Positions 19,770-32,319 of a stretch of DNA of 64,000 bases are shown piece after piece. Numbering within the stretch: the first letter of the stretch is position 1; every line of letters begins with the position of its first letter. The notes below the pieces were generated by a model that searched no databases, was not told the DNA's origin, and saw only the letters and a program-made list of their open reading frames with translations. Source of the stretch: Eledone cirrhosa (taxonomy: Eukaryota); assembly GCA_964016885.1 (NCBI GenBank), contig OZ024744.1, positions 73,284,001 through 73,348,000 of the forward strand, in the 5' to 3' direction. Made by a program: the position numbers and the translations under genes.

Positions 19770-21520
19770 ACTGTGTGGTCGAAGTACGGTGAGCTTATTT
19801 CAGCGCCTGAAGACATCAAAGACAGACATTGATGTTAATTGGGAAAATCTTAATGAAATGGGGCAACAACCAATCATTGAAGAATTTGACAATCCTCTCA
19901 CCATGAAAGAACTTGAGACAGCACATTCAAAAACACTAAACTCAGGAAGAGTCCAGGTCCTGATGGAATAGTCCCAGAAGTTTTAGTTCATGGTGGCAAT
20001 GCCTCGAATCATTTCTGTTTTCTATTTTTAATTGGTTCTGGATCTCAGAAAGCTTATCATCTCATCTTACTGATGCTAACATTTCAATTTTTTTTAAAAG
20101 AAAGGTGATTGTAGTCTTTGTGAAAACTACCGTGGCATATCGTAGCTTAGTGTAGTCTTTGTGAAAACTACCGTGGCATATCGTTGCTTAGTGTGGTTGG
20201 GAAACTCTTTACCGACATCATACTCCACATACTACAACGACTTGCTGAAAAAAGTCTACCCTGTGTCACAATCTGGATATAGTAGTAAATGAAACACTAT
20301 AGATGGTATCCTCACCTTACGTCAAATTATGGAGAAATACAGAGAACAGCAGTGTAATTTACATATCGCCTTTATTGACTATAATTCGAGAGCTACTCTT
20401 CGAAATCCTGCGAAAGATTAGCTTTCCAGCAAAATTTGTTTGCATCATTAGGGCTCTATATTCAAATATGCATGCTAGGCATATTATAAATGGTGAATTG
20501 TAAAACCCTATCAATTACAATAGTGGGGTGAAGCAAGGTTGAAAACTTTACCTTACACTGTTTGGGTTCTATGCTGCTGTACTGCTCTTTATAGCCTTCA
20601 AAGAAGTCAGCTCCTCACACAGCATCAATGTACACTTCAGATATGATGGCGATATTTTTTACTCTTGTTGCCTCAAGTTTAAGATAAAATACTTTATGAT
20701 TTCACAAGGGAGGCCCAATATGCTGATGACATCGCTGTTTTCTGCAATGATCCCATTGCTTACAACAGCTGTTATCCGCATATAACAGTTTCATTGAAAA
20801 CGAACCTTGGTGACTGAAACAGTGAGTATCGGAGAGCAAGTTGATTATTTCATTGATGGGCAAAAACTTGCCTCAAATATATTGACAGCTATGTCACCAA
20901 AGACTGTAATCTAGACGAAGAACTTAGTGCACGAATTCAAGTTGCCACTTGTGCTGTAGGTAAACTAAGAGTAAGAGTCTTTGAATCCAGGGACCTGACC
21001 TCTGAGACTAAACTTAAAGTTTATAACCAATGTGTGACTCCTCTCTTGTTTTATGGAAGTGAAATGTGGATTCTCCATCGTTCCTACATAAGACAGTTAA
21101 GAACAATTCAGTAACGGCACTTTAGGTTTATTCTCAACATCAAATGGAATCACTTTGTCACACATGATGAGGTACTGAAACGTGCAAAGATTACTGATAT
21201 TGAAACTATCCTCACGAGGAATAGACTCAGATGGGTTGTCCATGTCGTCCACATGGATGATTGTAGACATATAAAGAAACTTCTTTTTGGTGACCTTGAG
21301 GATGGTGTTTGACATGTAGGATACCCTTTCTTGAGGTATACGGACACGATCAAAGATATTTTGAGAAAAGGTAACATTCTTCACTGCTGGAGGCATTATG
21401 TTGTTGACAGACCAATATGGCGGAACTTAATCCATGATGTAAGTATTGATATTGAAAACCAAAGAAAGCAGGACAAGAGGAGAAAAGGGAGAAACGACAG
21501 ACCAGATTGACTAATATAAT
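19770..21520 (+). pseudogene. RTE-clade LINE RT region, degraded and 5' truncated
   Basis: Broken frames give PGPDGI, KGD...ENYRGISLLSVVGK, LRQIMEKYREQ..LHIAFID, GVKQG, QYADDIA, KVYNQCVTPLLFYGSEMW, LRWV.HV.HM...KKLLFG. Confidence 0.85.
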
Positions 21521-21639
21521 GAACGGACTTTGTCATACTACTCATACTATTAATGTAGACATTTTTTAAAAACTGGAATGACTGCTTCGATATTCAGCTG
21601 AAACTCATCTTATAAACTGTTGTTTGCGACTCAGGTAAG

Positions 21640-21813
21640 CACACACATACGCACACGCACACACACGCACACACACGCACACGCGCACACACACACGCAC
21701 ACACACACGCACACACACACACACACGCACACACACACGCACACGCACACGCACACACACAGACACAGACACACACACAGACACACACACAGACACACAC
21801 ACAGACACACACA

Positions 21814-21883
<70 letters not shown>

Positions 21884-21900
21884 TATATATATATATATAC
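21640..21900. repeat. (CA)n-type microsatellite
   Basis: Direct inspection. Confidence 0.95.
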
Positions 21901-21959
21901 CGAACTTATAACATTAAGTTCACATGAAGATATGTCACTATCTTAACACCAAATATTAT

Positions 21960-22018
21960 ATTTTATCTGACGAAAGCGTACTTAGATATTAGTACCCTTG
22001 AAATACGTATAATAAAAT
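21960..22018 (+). ncRNA. Type I minimal hammerhead ribozyme, canonical core
   Basis: Stem I ATTTTAT/ATAAAAT; core CTGACGA; stem II AAGCGTACT/AGTACCCTT; GAAA; palindromic stem III ATACGTAT; AUA cleavage triplet. Confidence 0.75.
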
Positions 22019-22079
22019 AAATATGGTTTTATAAAGATATTTTCCATTTATTAATATTATTGATATTATATATATATAT

Positions 22080-22285
22080 ATATATAACGAAGGAGGTGTG
22101 GTAAGGAACCAGATGGACCATAACGGACCAGAGTACTCAATACTTAGGGGAGTAGAGTGGGCAATAGGAAAATGTTTGACCCCGAGGGCAGATCTCAATC
22201 AAGTCGTTTCGACGGCTAATTCTAGACTATTCAGTCCAGAAATAGCCGCCGAAAGAGCTTGAGCTCTGTCGTCGGAGTCAAACAT

Positions 22286-22331
<46 letters not shown>

Positions 22332-22432
22332 GTATATATATATATATAAATACCCACTCTACTACCTCAAGTATTGAGTACTTTGGTGCGTTATGGTCCA
22401 CCTGGTTCCTTACCACATTTCCTTCGTTATAT
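22080..22432. mobile_element. Palindromic non-coding element (family P1) within (TA)n
   Basis: Arms 22080-22228 and 22233-22432, the right arm interrupted by (TA)n; related pieces at 26157-26215, 35727-35823 and 41693-41841. Confidence 0.8.
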
Positions 22433-22559
22433 ATATATATATATATATATATATGGGGAGGGTCATATTTGTGTAATAATATTGCCAGAATTAATAACAG
22501 AACACACTCACTGTTTGGTTGGTTTTCGCTTCTGTGTCTTTTATATCGGTTAATTTACC

Positions 22560-22960
22560 CTTTAATAAAAGGGTTTGCATACCACAACAAATAGATGACG
22601 AGACAGAGGCACAGTTCACCATAGCTAGAAATAAGATTAGACAAATAGTAGACCGGTATACTAAGAGACAGGGCAGACCAGAGGTCCAACCACTTGGGAG
22701 GAAACCTGTGGAAGGCTTGGTTAGCCTCTAGCAGCGCACAAGGGATGGTGAGGTAGTATGTCTACCCACGGATAAGTCTGGTAGGATGTCAATAGACAGC
22801 ATGCCGAACTACATCAAGGCTATGCAACCCCACATCACCAACACGAGCGAAATTGCACAGCAAATACATGATGGGAGAGAAAATCCTCAACGCTCACATG
22901 ATGATGTGGACCGACATCCTAAAGCCAAGCAGACGCACTGCCAAAAACTTCCAGGCGTCC
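22560..22960 (+). pseudogene. PLE N-terminal fragment (TDKSG variant of the DKG motif)
   Basis: GLVSL*QRTRDGEVVCLPTDKSGRMSIDSMPNYIKAMQPH. Confidence 0.55.
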
Positions 22961-23431
22961 TTTCCCTTGTGAGTACCAATTCACCCCCACCGGTCTGCGC
23001 AGGTGCAGGTCCGAAGGAAGTTGACCATCAACTACCGCAGAGTTCTACGAAATTCGCCTAGGCAGTTCCCCCTCTCAACCAAACAATGACCTATTCAGGC
23101 CTGTAATATATAGCTTACTGCTAGCCACCCCGTCAGTGGCAGTCAGCGGAAAGCTAGTGGGGATGGGAGAGTGTGAATATCAATAGGTCTCAATACTACC
23201 CTACATTAAGCATGGACAGTAGACCTTTCTAAGAGAAAATATACTTAATTCTAGGTATTATAGTTTCACAGTGGAAATTATGAATGAGAGTTGGAAATTA
23301 AAACTAAAAATTAAAAATCAAAAATCAGAAATCAAAAATTAAAAAAATTACAAGTTAGAATCTAGATCGAAGTGAGTAAAAAAATATGTGCACCTATACT
23401 ATCTACTACGTAGGGAGATGTTTGAGTAAGA

Positions 23432-23876
23432 AGTTTTGAAAGGGGTATTAATGTTACAGATATATTATCTACATACTGAATGATAGTACAGTACAGTAGA
23501 ACGGAGGGTAAATTACAGTATGAAAGTAGTTAGACGGGTACATAGTTAGTATTTCTGTCACATGGAACAAAACCCCCCAAAACATCCAATAAATACAAAA
23601 AACACATACAGTACATATTTACAAAATGAGATAGGAGATACATGATTAATATGATTGTCAATTTGTCCATATATTTTTTGGATATTTTTTGTGTTTTTTT
23701 TTTGTGTATTTTCTATCTGTGTTTTTTTGGTTTTGTTCCATGTGATAGAGATATTAACTATGTATTCACCTAACTACTACTTTTCATACTGTAATTTACC
23801 CTCCGTTCTACTCTACTGTACTATCGTTCAGTATGGAGATAATATATCTGTAACATTGATGCCCCTTTCAAAACTT
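23432..23876. repeat. Diverged inverted repeat, arms about 170 bp
   Basis: AAGTTTTGAAAGGGG..ATGTTACAGATATATTATCT... pairs with ...AGATAATATATCTGTAACATTGATGCCCCTTTCAAAACTT. Confidence 0.85.
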
Positions 23877-23914
23877 ATATAATTATAAAATGTGGAGAAG
23901 GAGCACACGAGTTG

Positions 23915-23958
<44 letters not shown>

Positions 23959-24049
23959 ATAGGGAGAAAAAGACGATTATTAGGAAGAAAAATATTTTTT
24001 TTTCCTTTTATTTTTTTCTCTTTTTTTCTGGGTTAGAAAATATTTAAAA

Positions 24050-25690
24050 CAAAATATTTTACTTTGTGTGAAGTGTTAAGGTATTAGTTAATTTATATAT
24101 TAATTAACAATGGCATTTATTTATTTATTTATATATTTAATAATTGTCAATTACCGGTTTCAGCATTTTATGCATTATCAAATGGGGGAATTTGCATTGG
24201 TGTAAAATGTTGGTGATGCTGAACATGTTAAGGAAATGGGGAAGAAAGAATAATATAAATTACAAACAAGGTTTTTGAAGTGAAAAGAAAAAAAGAAAAA
24301 AAAGGGGTTGATGTGGAACATGATAAGGTAATAGGAAAGAAAAAATAATATTATTTACAGGCATAGTTCTTGAGGATAAGTAATTCAAAATTTTTTATTA
24401 TGGCAAGAGCGCTTAGTTGATCAATGATGGAGGCAAATGGTTTGGGGTTTGATATGATTTCCTTTTTTAGAGAGTTAATATGCAGGGGGAGGTAATTCAG
24501 GGTGGTCAGGTAGGGGAGAGAGAAATGATAGGGGGTAATTCATTTATATACGAAAAAGGATTAAGTAGGGTGTGAGGGGGTAACTCTTTACAGAACATAG
24601 GAATTTGGTTTTGATTCATTGTTCGTTCCAGTTTTAGTTTAGTCCGAAGTTTAGTCCATTAAGTAGAGGTTGGAATTTGTTAATGAAGTACGTTTCCTTA
24701 TTGGTACAATGGATGAAAGAAGCGTTGTCTATGAATTTGTAAATTGGAAAATAGCCAGAAATAGAAGTAACTACACCCCACAAATAGGCAAGAACAAATT
24801 CCTCGATCAGTTCTGCGAACACATTACTAATTACCCATACCACCACCTACACAGACATAAACAAAAACCTAATCTAAGCAAAAAAGAATGGAATGGTCTT
24901 AACAGTCTAAATAACGACAAAACCCTAACAATCAAAGAGGCGGATAAAGGGAGTGAAGTAATCCTTATGAGGACAGATTACTACACGACTCTAGTATATG
25001 TCTGTATACACTGTAGTATATGTCTGTTTCTATTTTGTTTTCTTGATGTGGATATCGAGGAAGGGAGTTGTTCATGGTTGTAATCCATTGTAAATTGTAA
25101 GTTTGTATTGAGTCCATTTAGAAGGGTTTTAAACTCAATCAGACTTTCTATACTTTCATGCCAGAGGATGAAGCAGTCGTCCAGATATCTCTTCCAGTTT
25201 TTTCTATGTGTAGGTAGAAGTGGTTACTGTATTTGTCTAGGACATTGCGGTAGAGAGTGGTTTCCAAATATCCCATGACAAGGTTGGCGTATGAGGGGGC
25301 TACTTTCGTGCCCATGGCAGTCCCAGATTTCTGTCTGTAGTATTTGGCATCGAATTCGAAGAGGTTGTTTTCCAAGATGAATTTGAGTCCCCCCAACACA
25401 AATTCTTTAGGGATGTGCTGTGGAAGTTCACTAGGGAAATTTTCAAGCCAGAATTGTATTGCCTCTATACCTAGGCTGTGTGGGATATTGGAATATAGAT
25501 TGATGACATCAAAGGTTACTAGTAGGGTATGTTCATTATTATGTGTTGTTGGGAGGTGGTTGAGCATATCAAGGTCGACCCTTATGAAGCTTTTTATGTG
25601 TTTTAGGAAAGGTTTAAGAAGAATATCTAGGAAGTTGCTTAGGCGGTGAGTTTCACATGTGGTACCTGCTATTATGGGTCTTAATTTAAG
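24050..25690 (-). mobile_element. Rearranged Penelope-like element (Neptune-like RT)
   Basis: Minus strand: LRPIIAG, FDVINLYSNIPH, ILENNLFEF, GTAMGTKVAPSYANLVMG, RYLDD (25000-25690); GIY-YIG end KETYFINKFQPLLN (24634-24750); degenerate hammerhead TTGATAA..GAAACCGGTA (about 24150-24185). Plus strand: NLSKKE..L..L.NDKTLTIKEADKG (24760-24990). Confidence 0.85.
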
Positions 25691-26212
25691 AATAGAAAAT
25701 ACTAAATAAGACGCAGTCCGTGTAACTTATGCTTGGAGGAAACATTATAAATGCTGTTTTCGAAGGACCAACTCCTAAACAAGAAAGACGAACTAATTTT
25801 ATATATTTTCTTTATATTTCTTTCTATTATTGTTTATTGTCTCCTACTCTCATTTGACTTACCTATTCTATTAATTCCTTCTCCATTTTCTCCAGAACAG
25901 TTTTTCGACTTTTCATACACTATCCTTAGAATCTGGTGTATAGAATTCACTTTCAACGCTTGACCGGCTCCACGCACTCCCTCATTGTTCTACAGACAAG
26001 TTCAGCCACCCCTACCTCCCACCAAATGCCATGACAGACTTATTTGAGTTTACAAAAAATTTTGACCAATCCCCTTGACAACTACAATCTTCCCATATAA
26101 GGAAGTACCGCTTGACAAGTTCGGCTATTTATTTACCAGGCTAAAAATTCTAATTTAGTCAAGAAATAGCCGTCGAAACGGCTTGATCTCTGCCGTCGAG
26201 GTCATACTTTTT

Positions 26213-26284
<72 letters not shown>

Positions 26285-26291
<7 letters not shown>

Positions 26292-26619
26292 GAATATAAA
26301 AGAGAGATAAACACGCATACAAGTGTACAAGTGTTCGAATCGTAAAAATTGCGAAACAGCCAACCAAAGCTCTCTGGGTGTTCAGGCAGTTGCCCAATAT
26401 AGGTTTGTTTTTCTTTTTCTTGATTTTAAATTCAGTCTGGCAAACCATATTGTTATTAGTTAGTATTTTTTCACCCTAACGAACTTGGTCCCTTACAATT
26501 TGAACACATGTATGTTTATATCTGTGTTTATCTCTCATTTATATTCAATGAAAAACCTCTTTCTTTGAGCTATTTAATTGTAAGAGGCTATTTTGAGTTT
26601 CTAACTCAATATATACCTT

Positions 26620-26622
<3 letters not shown>
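26285..26622 (+). mobile_element. Non-coding (TA)n-terminated element (family P2); inverted copy at 30831-31110
   Basis: GAGTTTCTAACTCAATATATACCTTTG-(TA)n end; internal inverted repeat TTGAATATAAA.GAGAGATAAACAC. Confidence 0.75.
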
Positions 26623-26704
<82 letters not shown>

Positions 26705-26707
<3 letters not shown>

Positions 26708-26860
26708 GAACACGCCAGACAAAGACCTGACGGTAATACAGACAACATAGAAATTAAAATATCTAAACATACAAATGACTCAACAGGTAGGCAAATCAGA
26801 GAAGCAAGTGAAATTAAGCTTAGAAGACCAAAGTTAAACAGAAAAAACGAAGGGAATAAC
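26705..26860 (+). pseudogene. GIY-YIG endonuclease C-terminal fragment of a PLE
   Basis: YEHARQRPDGNTDNIEIKISKHTNDSTGRQIREASEIKLRRPKLNRKNEG; R.I.EA..I....P.LN motif. Confidence 0.65.
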
Positions 26861-27338
26861 AACAACCATACCCAAACAAACAATACTGATTAAGGGAAAT
26901 ATTTAAAAAAAAAAAATATATATATATATATACAAGTACAATAAGAACAAACACATATAAACACATGTAAACAAAGATAGAATACAAAAACCAAAACACA
27001 TACAATCAAACGCGAACACACACACCATACATTATACACACATGCAAACGCATGCGCAGAGACGGGGACAAGAATAAATAAATAAATAAAATTGTCTGTC
27101 TGGTTGTGATTTGCTACTATCTGCCCATTTATGTATATAAGAATACACACACACACATACATATATTTAAATGTGTGTGTGTGTGTGAGTGTGTGTGTGA
27201 GTGTGTGTGTCTGTTGTGCATAATATATATATATATATACACATGCATATGTGTGTGTGTGTATATGTATATATATATATATAAATGTGTGTGTGTGTAT
27301 ATATATATATATATACATATGTGTTTTTGTATATATAC

Positions 27339-27383
<45 letters not shown>

Positions 27384-27391
27384 TATATATT

Positions 27392-27902
27392 TATACTTGG
27401 GGAGGGTCATATTTGTGTAATAATATTGCCAGAATTAATAACAGAACACACTCACTGTTTGGTTGGTTTTCGCTTCTGTGTCTTTTATATCGGTTAATTT
27501 AATTTATTCGGTCCTCAATGTTACCATTGACTGACCAACGGTCAAAAATACAGATATAATATAGACACAAACACATATATTATAGTCTAACAAAGTTCTT
27601 TCGTTGCACATCTGCAACATCGTCAGTGGTGCTATTATGTTTCCTCCTGTATTATACAATAACAACAGAACAAATCCGCTTCTTAAAACACCGTGTTTCC
27701 TTTAAAAAAAAAAAAGGGCGTAGGCATACAATACAACAGGAGGAAACATAATAGCACCATTGACGATGTTGCAGATGTGCAACGAAAGAACTTTGTTAGA
27801 CTATATATATGTGTTTGTGTCTATATTATATCTGTATTTTTGACCGTTCTGTTATTAATTCTGGCAATATTATTACACAAATATGACCCTCCCCAAGTAT
27901 AA
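27392..27902. mobile_element. Hairpin element (family P3) with hammerhead-like cores in both arms
   Basis: Nested inverted repeats 27392-27447/27845-27902 and 27538-27650/27736-27848; (C/T)TGACGA-T-GTTGCA(GATG)TGCAAC-GAAA; terminus shared with 22455-22555 and 36283-36385. Confidence 0.78.
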
Positions 27903-27958
27903 CAATATTTGTTTCGACACACGATTTCATATAAAAAACCTTGCAAAACTAATATATA

Positions 27959-28156
27959 TATATAGCTTTCACCGTATTTTTGACTAAAGGAATTTTTAGC
28001 TTGATAACGGGGTTTAGAACCCTCAGATAAATGGAAAAAGATGAGTATTGACGTACATGGGAGTCAATACTCATCTTTTTCCATTTATCTGAGGGTTCTA
28101 AACCCCGTTATCAAGCTAAAAATTCCTTTAGTCAAAAATACGGTGAAAGCTATATA
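27959..28156. repeat. Perfect palindrome, 94-bp arms, 10-nt loop (family P4 copy 1)
   Basis: 27959-28052 is the reverse complement of 28063-28156. Confidence 0.93.
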
Positions 28157-28289
28157 TTTTCTAATTTCAAACTCGCTCACTGTTTCAAAAGATACTTACT
28201 TGTAATATATATATATATATATATACACATCTTTTCATATCTTTTATCTATAGCATCTCTGTCTGACGACCGATCCAGAAGTATATTAT

Positions 28290-28470
28290 TTTGGCTGTAT
28301 CGGTAGAGGGTCGGACGCCATGCTTTGATGCATAGAGTTACGGCCGTTGCCATTCTGAGTCCAAATCCCGCCGAGGTTAACTTTACCTTTCATCCTTACG
28401 GAGTCGATAAAATAAAGTACCAGTAATGCACTGGGTATTTGCTGGCCTTGTGCCAAAAGTAGAAACAATT
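28290..28470 (+). mobile_element. Meta-domain SINE
   Basis: Near-complete consensus. Confidence 0.88.
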
Positions 28471-28652
28471 ATTATTGTCTGTGATCCAGAAACCTTTGGT
28501 AATGGAGTAGTTATATTTTGTATTGTTCAATTTCTAATTAAGTAACTCTGTTTTATACATAGAGCACTGCTTTTTCTTCGGAATTACCTAACACATAATA
28601 TATATATATATATATGGCAAGTAAGTATGTTTTGAAACAGTGAGCAAGTTTG

Positions 28653-28888
28653 AAATTAGAAAATAGAATAGCTTTCACCGTATTTTTGACTAAAGGAATT
28701 TTAGCCTGATAATGGGGTTTAGAACCCTCAGATAAATGGAAAAAGATGAGTATTGACGTACATGGGAGTCAATACTCATGTACGTCAATACTCATCTTTT
28801 TCCATTTATCTGAGGGTTCTAAACCCCATTATCAGGCTAAAATTCCTTTAGTCAAAAACACGGTGAAAGCTATTCTATTTTCTAATTT
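28653..28888. repeat. Near-perfect palindrome, 112-bp arms (family P4 copy 2)
   Basis: 28653-28764 pairs with 28777-28888, one mismatch seen. Confidence 0.93.
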
Positions 28889-29049
28889 ATATATATATAT
28901 ATATATTTGTATATATACATATATATATGTTATAAATTATGCACCAATCATCTCTCCCGTTACACATACATATACATATGCATGTGTGAGTACGTATATG
29001 TATATGTGTATGTATATATGTATGTGTATGCATATGTATGCGTAACGGG

Positions 29050-29487
<438 letters not shown>

Positions 29488-29874
29488 TTATATATTTATA
29501 TAATGGAATACTGTTGGCTTTTTGCTACAATATTTTCTATACCTTTCATTTATATATATATATATATATATATCACATAAGAAATTTTGCTTCGAGGGAT
29601 AGAGACGTATCTGAAGAACTTGCGATTTCAGAGTCAGGTTCAATCCTCGCATCGATCGTACCTCGAGCTTGTCGCCAGAGAAATGATTGTAATATGTCTA
29701 ATAAATTCTGATTCGTCGCACCGCTGATTATCCGTTTCTTATCTGATAGTATACTCTGCTCTGTCAGAGCATCGAGTGCACAAGCGGCCTACCGCATACT
29801 GACGCTTTCAAGCATTCTACACCAAATATATATATATATATAATAAGGAGTTGACGGACTCAGCATATTTATCA

Positions 29875-29911
<37 letters not shown>

Positions 29912-29934
29912 CTTTGATAACTTTGATAGGTTTC

Positions 29935-30207
29935 ACCTGAAGGAAGAGAGTAAGGGAGTTTCAGACATCCTTTTTTCCAAAGTGGATTAACTCGAAATAA
30001 TCCTCATTCAGCAGCATATTGTTCTTTTCTGCCCATTGGATAGCAGCCAGTAGGTCTGACTGAATGCAAGTCCAGTCACCCACCTCATTGATGACCCTTT
30101 GGAGCTTGGAATCATGTGCGAAGATTCTTATGTTGCTGTGCTTGATGATGTCAGTAATGTCATTAATGTAGATGATGAAAAGAAGTGTGCCCAACACAGT
30201 GCCGTTG
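29935..30207 (-). pseudogene. CR1/L2-group LINE RT fragment
   Basis: GTVLGTLLFIIYINDI..FAHDSKL..IQSDL..I.QWA..NNMLLN..F.LIHFG. Confidence 0.82.
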
Positions 30208-30457
30208 TTATGAGATCAAAAGAAAAGGAATCCTGGGCTCTTCAAATATGATATGATATATTGCTCCTAACACCGGTTTTTTTCTCCCTCTGTTTTGTCG
30301 AGCACTTTAATTTGTGTGGTTTTGGGGCTGCCATTTCTAGCGGCTCACCCCACCCAAACCACTGGTCTACTGTCCCATACACGCATTTCCTTCTCTCTAC
30401 TACGTGTTGCAAGACAGTTATTTTGAGTTCTCTTAGAGTCGTTTGGAATGTATTCAC

Positions 30458-30542
30458 TTACACACGCTGATGAACCTGGGTGAGTTCAGTCCAAATACTG
30501 ATTTTCTGGCGAAACATTCTCTCCGAGTTTGTACGTGTGTGA
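30458..30542 (+). ncRNA. Type I hammerhead ribozyme with extended stems
   Basis: Stem I ACACACG/CGTGTGT; CTGATGA; long stem II capped by TCAGT/ACTGA; GAAAC; stem III ACA..CTC/GAG..TGT; GUA cleavage triplet; the first pair of stem II is an A-C mismatch. Confidence 0.72.
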
Positions 30543-30770
30543 AATATAGTTATAAAGGTGGGTTACTTCATCCTAATTTATATTTTCAATTATAATGTAT
30601 CTGCCTCACCTTTCTTAGTTTATAGGTTCCATACACTAGTGGTAATCCCTGTAACTTGATAAACACGCACTCTCTAGTGTGTTTTCCTCTCTGTATTATA
30701 TTTGAAGAGCGCAGGATTCTTTTCCCTTTGAGGTCATGAATTACAGGGACTAACGCGAGTTTCTGACTCC

Positions 30771-30830
<60 letters not shown>

Positions 30831-30832
<2 letters not shown>

Positions 30833-31110
30833 AAGGTATATATTGAGTTAGAAACTCAAAACAGTCTCTTACAATGAAATAGCTCAAGGAAAAAGATTTT
30901 TCCGGGTTGTGTAATATAATTGAATATAAAAGAGAGATAATCACAGATATATACATGTATGTGTTCAAATCGTAAGGGACCAGACTATGAACAACACGGT
31001 TTGCCAGACTCAATTTAAAAGAATAAATCAAGAAAAGAAATACAAACCGATATTGCGGCAACTGACAGACACCCAGACAGCTTTTGATAATCCTGTTTCG
31101 CAATTTTAGT
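30831..31110 (-). mobile_element. Family P2 copy
   Basis: Diverged reverse-complement copy of 26345-26622, abutting (TA)n. Confidence 0.75.
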
Positions 31111-31270
31111 GAAAGGAATTACCAATTCGTTTGCTCATCAGTGGGTGTAAAATTAGTAAGCCCTTCACTTCTAAGTATCTATATCATCACCTTCACCACC
31201 ACCCGCAAAAACATCACCACCACAACTACCACCACTACAACCCTCACCACGACCACCATCATCATAATAA

Positions 31271-31460
31271 TGGTTTCTGATTTAGGCACAAGGTCGACAA
31301 TTTTGGGGTGAGGGGAAAGTCGATTAAATCGACCTCAGTGCATTACTGGTACTTTATTTCTTCGACCCCGTAAGAATGAAAGGCAAAGCGAGCCTTGACT
31401 GGATTTTAACTGAGAATGTAAAGGGACGCAACTATATACCTCAAAGCATGTTATCCGATA
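31271..31460 (-). mobile_element. Meta-domain SINE
   Basis: Core and tail motifs. Confidence 0.78.
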
Positions 31461-32060
31461 TTGGTTTCCCATTACAACTGCAGCCATCTAGCCTCGATCG
31501 TAGCGATGGTAAACACCCATACGGGATAACTTTCTTCCCATCCGAGAGATGTAAATCCCTAATCTGGGATGCTAAGTGTTGCAACTTGTTCTCTTCAACC
31601 TTGTCGCTTAGGCCGCAGACCCGAGCAATGCCACCCGCAGTGCAAAGGAAAGGAAAATTACCCATTGCCCAAAACAGGGGCTTCACAGACCATTTCCTTT
31701 TCCCGCCGGTGTCCTAGGTCCCTGAACTGTCATTTTTTTTCGCAAAATTGGGGAAATGGCAGTTCGTCTAAAGAAAGAGCCCCGTGAGGCGCTATGGCTG
31801 TCGCTGGTTATTGTCGGTGGCAATGCCTTTGCCATTTTGTCCGCATGACGCAGCTAAGGGATAACGCTCTATCTAGGGTGTCGTATGTAGCTCAATAATT
31901 TTCTCTTCCTTTCATTGTTTAAATTCTTCTTTCATTTTATTTCTCTTCTTTTTCTTCTATTCTATTTCCTTGTTGCTTTATATATATATTTTTCTGAAAA
32001 TAAAAATTCAAAATTATAAAATATAAAATATTACAAAATAAAAATAATATTATCCACAAT
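31461..32060 (+). pseudogene. CRE-clade non-LTR retrotransposon 3' fragment (restriction-like endonuclease)
   Basis: GFPLQLQPSSLDRSDGKHPYGITFFP...KSLIWDAKC resembles LEP.GL.R.DGKRPDG.T..PW..GK.L.WD.T; terminal LSLVIVGGNAFAILSA*. Confidence 0.72.
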
Positions 32061-32319
32061 TAAATTGAAAATGTCCGTTCCCCAGGTTTTATGGCTGTCA
32101 CTTATTCGCTTGACGTATTTCTCTTCTTCTTTCTTCTTCCACGTCACTCTTTCTCTCTCTCTCTTCCTTTCTTTCCTTTTCACCACACCTCCTCACTCTC
32201 CCACCCCCCGTCTTTCCTCTTCAATCTCTCTTTCTCTCGGTCTCCCCTCTCTCCCTCTTTCCTTCCCTTCCACTCCCCTGCCACCCACTTAGATATATCA
32301 CACGAAGTCACTGTCACGC

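Noticed and set aside
15715-19832. Cys/Val-, His/Thr-, Leu/Ser- and Asp-rich ORFs
   Set aside because: They arise from (GT)n, (GA)n and (CAT)n repeats.
28290-28380. tRNA genes suggested by A-box and B-box motifs
   Set aside because: These are SINE heads continuing into the Meta core and tail; no complete cloverleaf is evident.
29579-29820. snRNA- or tRNA-like island (GGTTCAATCC; TTCTTATCTGATA)
   Set aside because: Only short motif resemblance; more likely a decayed SINE, and I could not support a specific call.
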